Assembly (NCBI RefSeq): GCF_006345805.1
Contig: NW_021835999.1
Span: forward strand, 124,001-188,000
Source of the DNA: Octopus sinensis
Lineage: Eukaryota
DNA: 64,000 nt
Direction of reading: 5' to 3'
The position numbers and the translations under genes were made by a program. Shown here piece after piece: positions 34,134 to 48,639 of the stretch. The notes below the pieces were generated by a model. The model made no database searches and was not told where the DNA came from. It saw only the letters and a list, made by a program, of their open reading frames with translations. Within the stretch, counting starts at the first letter, position 1, and each line of letters begins with the position of its first letter.

Positions 34134-37100
34134 ATAAAGCTAATTAAGATTAAGTGTCGTGGCTGCACCTCGGATTGCAAGCGAGTTACCTCGCAAGATT
34201 GCGATCGATATCCTCTGGTACAGCCAGCCGATTTGGCGGTGGTCCTTCGTGCACTTGTGGATGCACTTCCCGATTTCGGACAGGAGCGACACTCCGGCCG
34301 TCCCTATCACTCCACTTGTCTCCACAGCAATCGGGACAAAGTGGTAATTTGGTGGGAGAGAGGCGTATTTCTTCCGCTTCGTCTCCTCAGCCCGACGGGA
34401 AGCGAAGCCGGGGGAGGACGCAGACTGAGCAACGGTCCCGGGGGCAAAGGTGTCCGCGCAGGTAACGTCCCAAACGAGATATTTCCCCTCCGAGAATGGA
34501 AAGACCGTCATTCCGTCTGGACGCTTGCCGTCGCCACGGTCGAGGCCGGCAGGCTCTAGAACAGAAGGGAAGCCTGCGGCATTGAGGGCCTGTTTGACGA
34601 CGTAGTTCAGGCCAGTGTGTCTCGGGATACGCCCGGTGCTTAAGCGGCACGAAAGGGGGTGGAGACCATCGGGGCCAATCATGTGGCCGCACTTGCACCG
34701 GTGAGGGTGGCAGAGGGGAATTCCCAGACGAAGACAGGTCCCGATTCGAGTCGATTCATCATCCAAGAGGAGGCCAGCGGTGGACAGAGGGATGGCTTTC
34801 AACCAGTCTCCAGAATGCGGGTGACAGGCTGCATTCAACGAGGCGAGTTTAACTTGATCGGCGCTTCCTTTAAGGGACTTTACCACTTCTTTGCAGCGGA
34901 TGGAGTCCCAACTCCTCTGCAAGTGATCCTCCACGGGGAAGGAAAGACCTGAGGCGGTCCAGGCAGCGAGGGCAGAAGAAAATTCAGCCAGTTCAAAACG
35001 TTCAGGGGAGCGAAAAAGAACAGAACTGACAAAATTTCTTGATGCCGAGAGCGAAGATAGGTAGCATGGGATAGAAATGTATTTGCACGAGCGGATACCG
35101 ATGCCTCCGAAACGGAGGGGTAACATTGCGCGGGTAAGTTGGTCCCCGCCAAAGTCAACATTAAGAAGCTTCCCAACTGACTTCCAGATTACGGAGTCCA
35201 GGACGGACAAGAGATCTGGTTCCCGAAAGCATGGAGACGAGCGGAATAAGTAGGTTAGGCGGGGGATGAATAGGTAATTCTTTATAAGGAATAGCCCGAC
35301 ATGTGCGCCCAGTTGGGAGATACGCTCCAGTGTTTGAGCCAGCTGGCGTTTTTTACACTCGATGGCAGCGGAAATACCTCGACCAGAGATTGGTGAACCA
35401 AGGATGACCAGATCATCAGGGTCTGTCGCAGAGAGACCGACAACTTTCTCGGACAGGGACGTGAAGGCAGGATAAAATAAAGAATGATCGAGGGAGAGCA
35501 GGGTAAATTCCGACTTGGAGCCATTAAGGGATAAGCCAATTTGGCTAAAACCCGAAATAACATCAGCAACGTCGTTATGAATATTTTCGAGCGAGCCACC
35601 TAAGGTGACGTCGTCGAGATACCAGAAATTTAGCGGGCACGAAAGCCTTTGAGCAATATGGTCCACTGCGAGGGCAAATAGGAGAGGCCCCAATGGGTCC
35701 CCTTGCTGAACCCCAGACGCTGAGGACAACAGATTTTTTCCAAAAAGAAGATTCGAGGAACGCGCATAAGATAGATGGACAATTGGGTAGAGTGCCGGGC
35801 AGCGGGTGTGCACAACTTCCAGGATGTGGTCTCTGCGAACACTGTTAAAAGCGTTGCGCACGTCCAGCTTAACAAGATATGGAATTTTTGGGTTGCCATT
35901 GATGACCAACTCCCTCATCCCATGGGCAGAAGCCTCACAAGCACCGCTAACACCGACACCGAACTGATGTGGCAGCAGCTGAGAGCTCAAATCAGGGAGG
36001 ACAACACTGAGGATAATTTTTGCAGAGAGCCTCCTGAATGTGTTTCCCACAGCGATGGGTCTGATGCCCCCATCACTTTTATTAAGTGCCGTCAGGTTGG
36101 CCGAGAACAGTAGATCGCGTGCAAAAGATGGGATATTTCCAGAGACAATTCTGCTGCACAAGGATGCAATCGAGGACAGGAGGCGTGCACCAGATTCCCC
36201 TGTCATGGGCGCGACAAGATCCTTTAGGTGTATCGGCTTTAGGCCATCTACTCCCCCGCTACTGCTCGGTGGAAATGATCCAAGGCAGGCTAACACGTCA
36301 CTGGGAGAAACAATTCGTTCGGATTTGGCAATGTGAAGGGGTTCACGGATATCAGGTGGAGCGGGAGGATGTTTCAACTGGAGTGAATTCAGAACGGAAT
36401 CAGTATGCGGGGCAATGGATGCTGTGGATGAAATCAGGCGAACAGCCGCTGAGACATCTCCCTGCATTAGTTTGCTGTTAACTGACCGGGCTAAGCGTAC
36501 CCCTTCGTCTTGTTTAAGAGGCCCGCGAGATTTCGCGGTCGAGGGGCGATCCGGCGTGATACATGATAAGTCGAAGGGTGCCTTTATGAACGAACTGCAG
36601 CGGTCTTTAATCTGCTGAGCGGCCGATGTCCTATTTACTGACTCCGTTTTACGAGGGGCAGCTCCCAGACAAACAGAAGGAAACGAAAATAGTTTGCACC
36701 AAGTTTCTGGAAGATTGCTTTTAAGGGACTGATCGATTATGTCGGATAGCGTATCAGCAACGCAGATTCGCGCAGATTTGGGAATTCTTGCAGGGATTAC
36801 GCGGAAGCTTCGGGATTCGGAAAGAAGCGACAAAGAATTTTTCGGGCTGGATGGGCGCCGGGTGGGGAGAAGGCTTAGGGATCGACGTGTGTGGGAGGCA
36901 TGAGGGGCACTTCCAAGAAAGGATTGACGCCGAATCACGTTTAGTGAGTTTAACACACGAGAGGTGCAAGAGGCAAGAGGCGCAGGAGCGACCCGTTTTG
37001 CGAGAATTAACAGATTTACAAGATAAACAAAATGACATGGGGATAGAGAGATATAAAGTAAGATGAGATAGGAAAGAAAAAATGAGATGATAGAGAATGG

Positions 37101-37216
37101 GTTAGATAGAACGAAAAAAGATTGAAAAGAAGTGATAAGAGAAAGAAAACAAAGAATGAAAAAGAAAATTGAAAGAGAGAATGAAATGAACAACAACAAC
37201 AACAGCGTGCAACAAC
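34134..37216 (-). mobile_element. Full-length CRE-clade retrotransposon (CRE-2) nested in the Helitron
   Basis: 10-bp TSD GTTGAAACCA at 34124-34133 and 37217-37226. (GTT)n plus pyrimidine-rich 5' UTR; only 6 nt between stop codon and TSD. Confidence 0.93.
34140..37038 (-). CDS. CRE ORF: PHD finger + RT + RLE, one frameshift at ~36835
   Basis: The PHD (CLSC..CASC..HLSC..CPSC) is in ORF 36754-37038. The rest is in ORF 34140-37247 (GGIRPIAVG, GVQQGDPLG, YLDD, KRPDG). Confidence 0.9.
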
Positions 37217-37309
37217 GTTGAAACCACATTAGCACAATCATTAACACAATTTACGACCAATTGACAGCGCAATCAGAAGAATTTGCGTAAAAATATTAAC
37301 TATTTAGTT

Positions 37310-37545
37310 AAGTTTTTCGTAAAGATAGAATTTATTTTCGGTATGCCTCTTTTCCTAAACTTTTTTATTATTCAAAAATAATTTTTTCAATAGATAACCG
37401 AAGGAGGGAAGACGACTCTAAGAAAAGAAGTTTTTCGTAAAGATAGAATTTATTTTCTGTATGCCTCTTTTTTCCTAATATTTTTTATTATTCAAAAATA
37501 ATTTTTTAAATAGATAACCGAAGGAGGAAAAACGAAGCTGAAGAA
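37310..37545 (+). repeat. Two ~118-bp direct repeats inside the Helitron
   Basis: AAGTTTTTCGTAAAGATAGAATTT...GATAACCGAAGGAGG at ~37310 and ~37428. Confidence 0.85.
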
Positions 37546-37933
37546 AAAACGGTCAGCTTAAGGTAATTAATTAAATCTTTTTTGTGTGTCGCTTTTTTGG
37601 CTGCTGCTACTCTGCCTGCCGCATCTCCGGCTGCCCCATCTCCGGCTGCCCCATTTCCGCCAGTGGTTTGTCTAATCAAGGTCACTAAGCTAAATCTCCG
37701 GACTATAAAGGCTCTTAAGCATTATCTTAATTGGCTGTTAAAAAAATTAGACAGGTTGTTGCCGTGGCGGCAGAGATTTTTTTATACTATTTTACAAATT
37801 TTTAAAGTTTTTTTTTGTTTTTTTTATTTGTTTGTTTTTAAATTATTTATTTTTATTTGTTTTTTTTATTTTTTTTGTTATTTTCTAAAAATTCAACCGG
37901 ATTGAATTTTTAAACTCCTTAGATCCCTCTGGA

Positions 37934-38365
37934 ATGCCGAATCATCTTTTAAAGTTAAAGATAGGCGTTCCAGTGGTTTTATTACGAAATCTTGCGCCAC
38001 CTAAATTATGCAACGGAACGAGGTTAGTTATCAAAAATTTGATGGCTAACGTAATAGAGGCGACGACATTAACAGGTAAGTATAGAGGTGAGGATGTTTA
38101 TATTCTACGAATTCCGATAATTTCTGATGAATCACCATTTAGATTTAAAAGGCTGCAATTTCCTTTGAGGATGAGTTTTGCAATGACAATAAACAAGGCC
38201 CAGGGACAGTCATTAAAGGTAGTTGGGTTATTTTTAGAGAGTGAGTGCTTTTCACATGGACAGCTGTATGTGGGATGCTCGAGGGTAGGCAGAAGAGAAA
38301 ATTTATTCATATATGCCAAGGAAGGACGGACGACAAACATCGTTTATCAACAGGCGATAGAATAG
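37934..38365 (+). pseudogene. Helitron Pif1-like helicase C-terminal fragment
   Basis: [57 protein letters not shown]. Confidence 0.93.
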
Positions 38366-40209
38366 GGTTACATTAAACCAGGTAGTTTTATACATCTACA
38401 TAAACTTATAGTTGTTTGATGAAACAGGCCCTCCGCAGGAGCTAGGTCGCGGTGAGCGAAGCGAGCTGCCGAGCTAGTATAATATAAAATCGATTAGAGT
38501 AGATATTGTATTTAAAAATTAACTTGATTGAATTTGATGCATTTTTAAAATAACTCTATACCAGCAACGGAAAATAAATCAAAGTATTACAGAAGTACAT
38601 TTTTACAGAGTTGAAGTCCAAAAAAACACTCAAAAAACAACCCTTTAACGAAATACGTGTCCTTTATTTGAATACAGCGGGGAATTGAGATTCCAGGTTA
38701 TGTTTTCTTCAGTTATGCCGCTATAACTTCAAAAGCTAAAAAATTCCAAATCGTTATGATTTTTATTTCAAGCTAACTATCTCTCAAGATAAGCTTCATG
38801 ATATAATTGCTGCTTTTTTTGAAATATAAAACTTTAGCTTTTATTTAGGGATAGAATCTATTGAAAATTCATGTAAATCGATTTAAAATCTATATCTAGA
38901 TTATTCCCAGTCAGACAATTTGTTTCCAACTGCAAAGAGATTCAATTTCAAAATCAACCCAATTGACAAAAATTCAAGTTATTACAAAGCTATGAACAGG
39001 AGAAATATTTTATCGAATAATCGCGTTGAGATAGTTTTAAATATTTTAATTTAACAGATAAAAAATTTAAAAGGAAAAATATCGACTGTACTAATGACTA
39101 CACTAAAATTCTTTAGTCTTTTATTAATAAATATAAAATCCCTATAAAATCTTTTTTGTGGTTTTAATAAAATGAAATTAATTCAAGTTAATCCTAGTTC
39201 AAGGTTAATGTAACAAACTGCCCATAGGTATCGTATGGGCCATGTGAAATATTAAGTTTGAATACTTAATGCCTCGTATTTAACCTTCTCAGTCGCTTAC
39301 CATTAATTTTCGATGCTACCGCAAGCAGCGTAAATCGATTTAGCGCGATCGTTCTCAACCTGCTATCGACAGAACCGGTGACAGACGACAAAAAATTTAA
39401 CGTTTCGAATGATGGCTATAAATTGATATTTACCGACATTGATGTTTACAGTAAATATGCAATCGATAAAACAGCTAAAAATAAATCTCCACTGTTTAAA
39501 TTAAACGGATGAATAAAAAATGAACTTTCATAAATCAATTGAGTTTTAAGGACTTGCTTATAAGATGCGAATGTAGATTGATGGAATGGATTTTGTATTA
39601 GGGTTGTCATAAAAGGGACTCTTAAATACTTCCATGATGGATATGTTTCAATATTTCCTATTCCTGTTTTTAGTGTTGAAATAACATTTCCACGTGTTAA
39701 GTTCAGTTCCTGAGGAATAAGTGTCCGTATTGATAATTAGCTTACTTGTGACATACATGTAACTGTATGTACTTAGCTGCATTGAAAGACAAAAATATTC
39801 GACCTAAGATAGGTTTAAAAAATAAAGAGGTTAAGAGTTTGTCAAGACATTATCTAATCCAAACGCAAAATCTTGACAGAAAGTGTAGAAGTTAGGTTTT
39901 TCCTTGCTGAATTTGATTTGCTTCCAAGCACACTGAGCTATAAATTTACTGGGGTCCTTGAAGATGTCATATCTATGCGAGAGACATGCTTTTTCAAACA
40001 GTAAAATAGATTGCTTTTAATACTTTTTATGATAATTATGAATTTAAAGATTTTTTTATAACCAGAGAGATCCTATTATTCTTGTATGTTCATTAGTTTG
40101 AGTTCTTTTATAAAATTCAGAAATTATTTAAAAATTAAATTATGTTTTATTATGTATAATTCAATATGTTGATTTAAATAAAAAAATTTAAATATGATCG
40201 CACGTTAGT

Positions 40210-40510
40210 ATGGTCAGTGACGAGTTGAAAATCTCTCCTGGATTCGTTTTCAGAGAACTAAGATCCCGTATAACCCAATAAAATGACCTTAGGTCTCCTT
40301 GGAACACCTCGACTCAGTCCTGGTGCAGCCGTCTACATGTCTGCTGTCCTGGAAGTCCTTTCGGAGTCAATAATTAAATCTGCAGGCAACTTTGCCATCG
40401 AAGCCAGCTCTGAATATATCACCCTCGATCACATCGTCGCCTCCATCAGAGCTGATCCTGACATGTTTCGATATTTCACCGAGAAAATTATTCCAAACTA
40501 TTTTAAATGA
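40210..40510 (+). CDS. Short divergent H2A, copy B (identical protein)
   Basis: Intron 40268-40292. One synonymous difference (AGC/AGT) from copy A. Confidence 0.88.
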
Positions 40511-43500
40511 CATTATTAATATTTTTGTTATCTGGTTGGATTAGCTGTAGGTCTGCCTCTATTCTTACATCTGAGAGGGTAGACAGCCTTCTTAGTAAGG
40601 GCAGATGAGTAAGTTTAGATGTAGTAGTTAAGGTTTTTTATCAGATTTTGAGTTTAGTCATGTGTAAAATATTTTAATTGATTTGTTCAGCTCATTAAAA
40701 ATGGCTATTTTTAGAAACACCTAAAATGTGCGTTTTAAAATGGGGCAAATTGCTTTATTAATTTTTGAGTAAAATTGATTTTTTGGGTGATAAACAAATC
40801 GAAATCGGTAAATTTCGTAAATATGATTTACTGGAAATGATTTTTCGATTGTAAAAAATTGACTTCAAATGTTAAAAAAATAACAAAAACGAAATATCAA
40901 AAAGTGTTAATTAAGTGAATTTATCATAACTTATTTAACTGATGATCCAGTTTCCCCTCACTATTGCTTGGGACACGTTCTGGAGGAGCCATCTCGTCTC
41001 CAGAGGATTGTGTGTTCTCAGGGTCTTGAGACGTCCAATACACACGCCCAGACGGGATGACTATCTTTCCGTTTTTGGAAGGAAAGCCTCTCGTATGGGA
41101 TTCAACATGTTCCGACTCCTTGTCCAAGACAAATATGTTGGAAAGTGCCTGCAATGCTGGCACAGCTGCGGATAGAGCAGAGGACATCAAGAAGAAGAAA
41201 TATGATGGGCTCACCGATCGCTACGTTTTCCGGCCGATTGCCGTCGAAACCCTGGGATCGATTGGGAAGGAGTCGTTGCGCTTCCTCATGTGTATTGGAC
41301 GTCTCAAGACCCTGAGAACACACAATCCTCTGGAGACGAGATGGCTCCTCCAAAACGAAATATTAGTCGGTAAACTCGCAATAAAATGAATTAAAAATGT
41401 TTTCTTTTACAAAAATACTTTTTGAAATTCTCGCTAGTCATTTTATCACAAATTCAAACATTTAACATTGTTCTGTCTTAATCGAAAGTCTGTTTCTATT
41501 GCGAGGAGATTACTTGTTTGCTTCCCCAAACATCCTTATGTTTGACGATGTTTCTGCCTCTTCCAGGGTTTAGCAGGGTGATTCCCTGGGCCCTGTGTTT
41601 TTTGCTTTGGGCGTTAATAGTATCGTCCACTCTGTCCGATCCCCTATTAACATTTGGTACCTGGATGACGCAACGTTTTCGACGATTTCCGCTTTATTCT
41701 CCTATAAATGTGGAAAAATCCGAAATCGTGAACATTCATTTAAATCCTGTTCACTGCCGCAACTTCCATTTGCCGAAGAATTTTTTCCGACGTCCGAATT
41801 ACACCCAAACCGAATCTGACGATTCTCGGTGCTTCCATGGATCCTTCTGCTCTTGAAGGCTCCCTGTCTGAAAAAATTTCCAATCTATCCAAAGTGACTG
41901 AGAAGCTCAAAGACATCGACCCTCGTGTGGCTTTTTTCCTTCTCCGAAAATAATTTTCCACTTTTTTTAAACGCTGAGATGTGCGCCCTGTTTAAACAGG
42001 CATGACCTTCTTTCCGACTTTGACCATATTTTCAGCCTCGGTACGAGCTCACTCTGCAATCTGGACCCAGACATTTTTACCTGTGCGCTGGGCAACCTTA
42101 GTATGAGATCTTATTCCGATCTGGCCCTTTCGGTATTCCTATCCTCTCACTCTGCTTCTCGTTCTCTTTCAGACATCGTTCTCAGAAACCACCCTGAACG
42201 CAAATTATCTGAGGATACTTGGCTGCTTGTGGTCTGTAGGAAGCCCGGTTTGGTTCTATTCAGCGGCAGTGGAACGAGATCTCTCGTCGGGGGACTTTAG
42301 AAGCACTGGCCTCCGTCTATCAAGAGTAAGACACGATTCCAGAGAGTCATCCTGGCTCTTGACAATAATCGGACTGGGACGACAATGTCCGAGGGTCAGA
42401 GTTCTAGAGGTCCTTTTTCGGTAGGCATTAAGTGCCTCCTGAGCGTTTCCATATCCGATTGGAAGTTCCAATTGACGTTGTGGACCCCATAACGCCACGC
42501 TAAGACCGGAAAGGTAAGAGATCCCCTTTTTAAACTGTGTCGTGCCAGAAGAACTCGTCGCCTCGCGGGCAGAGGACGGTAATGAGAATTGACCCCAGCT
42601 GGAAACTAGCCTCCTTCGGATTCGAACCCACGACTCTCCAGATCCATTATCCATAGCTAAAGCTTCGTGAGACCATTAGTTAAATTATCTCAAATTTGAC
42701 ATTTATTAATTTAGCAGAATATAATTTTTAAATATCTAAGTTGGATTCAGACAGTGACGGGATTTGTCGACATATCTGTTTCAAGGTCTTTGGTTAAGTT
42801 TGATATTAATTTACAATGACTACATGAACGGGACTTTTACATTCCATACAAGACAGAGTAGTGGGAAAAAACAAACAAAATTGCAACATTTTTAGAAAAA
42901 AGAAAACATGTCATTTCATATTAATGTCTCGAAAATTGAATACGAATATGTTTATATATAACCAATGACTGCCCAATACAATATTTTAATACAATATCTC
43001 AATAAGGTTACCGTATTTTCTCGATTTTAACGCGTAATCGAAAATAACACGAAAGTAATTTCGGGCCAAAAACATCTGGAAAAACACAGTAATCGAATAT
43101 AGTGCGCACTTAAAATGCGGGTTGCTTGCGTTTCAGATTTTTTAAACGCAGTCAAAGTAAGGTGGTACAAGCGTGTTGAGTGACGTGTATTACCTTATCT
43201 TAACGAGGGTATGGCGACTTAAACGATCTTAAAGAGACAATCAATTATGTGCGTTGAACTTGTGTAAAGGATCAAAGGTATCACATGTGTTTAAACTACA
43301 AGTGTTCATCAAGAGTTCGGCAGATCAAAAGTCAATTGGGTTTCATCAGCGTTTCCTATATTTCGATGTTAGAGTGGTGCTTTGTCCTCATCTTGATTAT
43401 GGACCGCTGATACTCCATCAGTTTATGTTTGTAGTCCTCCATCATCTTTAGGACAATTGACGTTGTCTTTCTTACAGATAGGTTCTTTCGTTGTATAAAC

Positions 43501-46500
43501 TTATAGCACCAACATGCAGACGATTTGAAGCCAGAATTCTTGTTGGTTTTATTCGTGATTTTCAGGTCAGGATACGCAGCTTGACTGTGCTGATGCTACA
43601 CCCTCTAGCTCTTCTTTCAGCAATCGTTTTAAGACGTCCTTCCTCTAACTCTGAAAACATTGCTTTTTTCCACGTCCTGATGCTTTTGCTATTACTATTT
43701 TAAAATTCAAAGTTGGAATGTGCACAATGTCTGTGAGTCAAAGTGAGTTTGACAATGCTTTTTTCAATCAAATTTGTAATTTATTTTAGTTATTGATTAT
43801 AACACGCACCTGTTCTCAAATGACCCGAGAGAAACATGATTCCTACTACGATTACAATAATGCAAAATGGTCGGCTTATAAGAAATACGTTGATACGAAA
43901 CTTTCCACATTCTATCCGGGACTCAATTTCCTCGATATTACCGAATGGAGTGCCACAAGGTTCTTCCTATCCCCCGTATGCAATAAGAAATTAAACTTTC
44001 TTAAAAAATTTCTTGGAAACTTGGAAGACGCCAAAGGAACTTACGGATTAGAGTCTCTATACACCAAATACATTAAACCGACAATTGGTTACGGATGTAC
44101 AGTATGGGGAATCAATCTAGCATATAGAAATTTTAAAAAAAATCGACTGAGATTGGAGATTGTAAACCTCCTAGCAAATGTCACGGGAAACAAAATTCCA
44201 CCAAAGGGACTAGAAGAAATCATGAAAGAAAACGGTGGAGACCTCAGGAAAAAGTCCATGTTCGGGATCCCCGACCTCTTAGACAAACCGCTGTAAAATA
44301 CAGAGAAAAGATGCGAAGGTTTCTAAAAGAGGCTAGGATTACCTGAAATAGTTAATTATGGTTATGACGGTGTTTTTGTTCCTAATAAATAAATTATAAC
44401 ATGCACCCCATCTATTGGAATTAATTATATAGCAAAAATCTGCGTAGCTCTTTTTTCAGCAATTGTTTTAATAACTTGCTCGTTTTGATGCCATGTTGCT
44501 TTTAAAATGTCCAAAATTGAACTGATATATGATGAACTGAGACGAGTACGAGGCGAAAGGGGGGGCAGTAACAATCATAGCTTTCCATCGGCTTTATGAG
44601 ATGAAGTAAAAACAAAAATTTATAATTTCCGAAAATTAACCAATCAAAGAAATTGAAGGCAATACAAAATGGCCGTTTCCATTTTGCATTATCGACGGTA
44701 CATGGTGTTTTTATGCTGTGACTGGAAAAATACAGGCGTTGACTATTTTTCTAGATCGCAATTCTACTTTCCAGCTTATTAATTCAGGATTGTGATGTTA
44801 GTGATACTTTACAATCTTTAATATGGGTTTATTTTAAATTTAAAGTTGGAAATTGCACAATGTTTGTGCGTCAAAGTGAGTTTAACAATGCTTTGTTCAA
44901 TCAAATTTGTAAATTATTTTAATTATAGCACGCACCCCATCTGTAGGAATAATTTATTCACAAACAAAGTCCAGAATATACAACATTGACCATTTCATGT
45001 ATGATAATGCCCTCAAGACTGTAGTGACAGTCAGTGCCGATTAAATATATCTCTTTCATGGACACACGTACATATTTATGGAACAAAAACAACTCATTTA
45101 TTGAATATAGTCATCAAAAAATGCATAATCTTCCAAATAATTAAAATTCTGAGTATAATCACTGGTAGGGTGAGTGTTGAGGGGAGGAAAGGAATCCCGG
45201 AAAGTCTGAATTCCGACATTATAGGCAGTCTCAACCCCCGGACAGACCGGCGGGAGAGGAGGAGGGTGTCTGGAATGTCCCTTCCGTTTGCAATGCATTC
45301 CAAGGGACTGTCTTAGGCCGAACATTTTGCCGCAGACGTGGCAGACGTAGAGAGGACAGGAGTGGGGGGTGGAGGGGTACAGTCTGTACTTACACCGAGG
45401 ACAGTACTCTGAACTGTGGACACGAGCAAAGTGCTGTTGTTACAACAAATTAACACTTTTTTGAGCAGACCAAATGTGGAGTATTTTTTGTCGCAGGTTT
45501 TACCGTCATTGCCCGACAGCAGTACTGGAATTGGTCCCCACTTTCTTCATTCGTCCATATTTTTTCCTATATTTACTCATTCCGCCTACCATGCACGACT
45601 TGTGCACAATCCGCATGTGCATTTGCAGGGCTCCGAAGTGGGCACAGAATCGGGAACACACAGGACACGTGTTTAGACATCCCCTCAGACCTTCCACGGG
45701 TGGATACACATCAATCATACACAACTAATTTGAACAATTTATTAAAAATTAACTAGCAACCAAATTTATTAAAAAAGAAAAATTAGTTAAAGCCATCAAT
45801 CTCGGATTGATGGAATTCTCTTAAATAAATGAAGGGGAGTGGAACAGACTGGATGGTTTTTCATATGAGCTATAGCTGTACACAGATGGGTAGTATGTGA
45901 AGCAATCCTCCAGAATTGTATCACGTCGTATTGAATTGAAGGCATTTTTAATGTCAATTTTGACGATTACGAAAGGAGTGTTCTCGTTCTTTTCGGTGAA
46001 TGTTCAGACAGCATGAACTGCCGCTTCACACATGCAATTACATCGGCAACGGTACGTTTGGAATATATCAAGTCTAAGTCGAATACACGCTCCGATGCGA
46101 ACAGTTTCGTTCTCCAAAAGTAGACTGTTGGACGCCAACAAAAGAGCATTTAGCTAATCTCTCGAGTGGGGCTGGCAGGCGCAGTTCAAGGAAGCTAACT
46201 GCATTTGATCGGCTTGCGAGCGAAGACTCTCCAACAGGTGTGAACACTTGATGACATCCCAACTCTTCTGTATAAAAAGACTCTTCGGAAGGTCAAGTCC
46301 GAGCGATCTCCAGGCGTGAACAGCAACAGGGTATTTCGTAAGCTCGCCGAGTTTGGGTGAGTTTATAAGAACAGAGCAAACAAAATTTTCAGCAAAATAT
46401 TTTAAGTAAAGACTTAGAATATATAATGTACAGGTAAAAGTTTGTTATTAACCCAATATTTTTTCTATAATAAACTTAAAAAACTCAACTGATTCGCCTT

Positions 46501-47104
46501 AAAAATGCCCTTATGCGGGCTTCGCCAGCGGAGTAACTAAAAAATATTTAGTTTTCTTTATAAAAATTTAAAAATCAGTAATTTATGTATCAATTTTTCG
46601 TACCCATTTGAAACGGTGAAGCAAGAAAACAGTTCTGCATCACAATCACTTGAGGAGAAAGCACTCGTTTTGTTAAACTCATTCAAATTAGCAAATGATA
46701 GTTGCCTTTTAAAGAAATATTCAAACTTTCTATATTTGGACAAATAGATTGTATCTCGAAATTGAAACCCCCTAGTATGACTTTCTAACCACCACTAGAG
46801 ACACACCCTAACATTTAGTAAATAGCTTTGCGGATTGTAACGCCCATTCTTCAACATTAATGGAGCAGATAATTGCTTTCACTGTGTTTAATTTTGAGTT
46901 CGTTTCCAGATGAGAGGGACTTTAACTTTCACCCATAAAACAAAGCTGGAAATCCTTCATGACGTTCTTTTTATAGGTTCTGTGCCAGTTTCCTTGATTC
47001 CGGTCTAAGTGTTCAGTTACAAAACAGTCAAGCATAAGAATTTTAGCGAAATCATTAGAAATGATCAAATAATAAAACTTGGCTTATATTTACAATTTAT
47101 GATA

Positions 47105-48616
47105 CAGTATAACCTCCATTTGGGGCAGACCTCTGGCTTGGGGAACCTCTATTTTTGGGGAAACCTCTATTTTTGGGGTAGTTTGAAAAGGATATAATTT
47201 TTATGCGGTAATTTCCAAATTTAGAAATTACCGGAACCTCTAAGTGGGGCACAGGATTTTTAATTTATATACATATTTGCTATTAAAATTAAAATTAATT
47301 ATATAAAATTTCATTTGGAAGCCTCGTGTAATTTTTGTATTCTTGTTGTTATGGCTCGTAAGCTTAGTCTTGAGTTAAAGATCAAAATTGCCAAGGAATT
47401 AAGTGAAAATAAACATCTTACTGAACGAGATATTGTAGATAAGTACAAAATTAGTAAAGGTTTTTATTAATGTAAGTTTTTAGGCGCTGTGTCACGTATT
47501 AAAAAAATTATCTCAATTTTTTTAATACTGGGGCTGTTCAAACAGATTTTCCCAGAAATATTCAACGCTCTCCTCATACTTTATCCCAAAAATTGGATAA
47601 AATTGTTTTTGAGGCTTTCACCAAGACAAGGGAAGAATTTATTTAGACAAGGAAACTTTAACCCTGAAGAACATGGAGTTTCATATTCATCATCTAAAAA
47701 CAGTTGGATGACATCAGAAATATTTATTACATGGCTCACCATTACAAATGAACAAATGATTACGCAAAAGAGAAAAATTGTTTTGTTACTTGATAACGCA
47801 AGCTGTCACAAATATATCCATCTTTCCAACATTGAATTGTTTTTTCTCCCAAAAAATACAACCTCATTAATTCAACCGTTAGACATGGGTATTATTAAAT
47901 CTTTCAAGTCCAATTATCTTAACGCTTTATTGGATTTTACTCTTTATTTTGAGGACGTTGAGTTACAAATTGTTAATTTAAAAAAAATAAATCTTCGTCA
48001 TGTCATAATAATTGTTGGAAAAACATGGCAAAATTTAAATCCTGAAACAATAACGAATTGTTGGGAAACAATTAATAACTGTCGGCAACAGATTCCTAGT
48101 TCAAATTTTTTAGTTAACAGTGAGAAAGAAAATTTGGACACGATAATTGCAGACGTAATTGCTGAAAATGAAGAAGAAAATAATGATGAGTCAATATATG
48201 ACCAAACTGAATGCAACTGTTCACACTTGGACACGATAACAGCAATGAATAACCTTGAAGAGAATATTCACCGTTTGTTTCCCGATGCGTTAAAAGACTA
48301 TTACAATTTCAGAAAAATATTGGGCATACATATGAAGAAATCTGCAACAGGAAACAAAATAACAGATTATTTTCGTGTATAATAGAATAAAAATTTTTTT
48401 CTACTTGAAAAATACTCTAATTATCAATAAAATTAGTGGAAAACATGTTTAAATGTTCTTAAAAATACTTTATTTATTTATAAATTAATGAAAAATATGC
48501 TAAAACTATTAAAATTTTTATAAAAATAAAGAAAATTTCAGACCTCCATTTTTGGGGAAACCTCTATTTTTGGGGCAATTTTTTCAAAATTGATGCCCCA
48601 AATGGAGGTTATACTG
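47105..48616 (+). mobile_element. pogo-family element, internally deleted, with a 24-nt intron
   Basis: Perfect 23-bp TIR CAGTATAACCTCCATTTGGGGCA and TA TSD. ATG at 47351, intron 47460-47483. The CENP-B region is fused to the mid-DDE region (KNSWMT, LLLDNASCH, IQPLDMGII); ends KITDYF. Confidence 0.93.
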
Positions 48617-48639
48617 TATTATTCAGTTTTATAGTTGTT

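Larger units (their letters stand above)
33185..38477 (+). mobile_element. Non-autonomous Helitron (copy B only) with nested CRE
   Basis: A|TC 5' end followed by a GTCT-type microsatellite. GC-rich subterminal sequence ending CTAG|T. Pif1 helicase 3' fragment; no TSD. Confidence 0.88.
29311..47052 (+). repeat. Segmental duplication, copy B
   Basis: Near-identical to 1-16404. It lacks the MULE, Ginger-like and pogo insertions and carries an extra Helitron (33185-38477) plus ~390 bp absent from A. Confidence 0.97.

Noticed and set aside
37039-37247. Hydrophobic, TM-like N-terminus of the 1035-aa ORF 34140-37247
   Set aside because: It is the T/C-rich 5' UTR read through and extends beyond the TSD. 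The real start is the PHD ATG at 37038 in another frame.
47489-48382. 297-aa ORF as an intact transposase
   Set aside because: Its N-terminal part is out of frame relative to the homologous pogo, and an internal deletion removes the first catalytic region.
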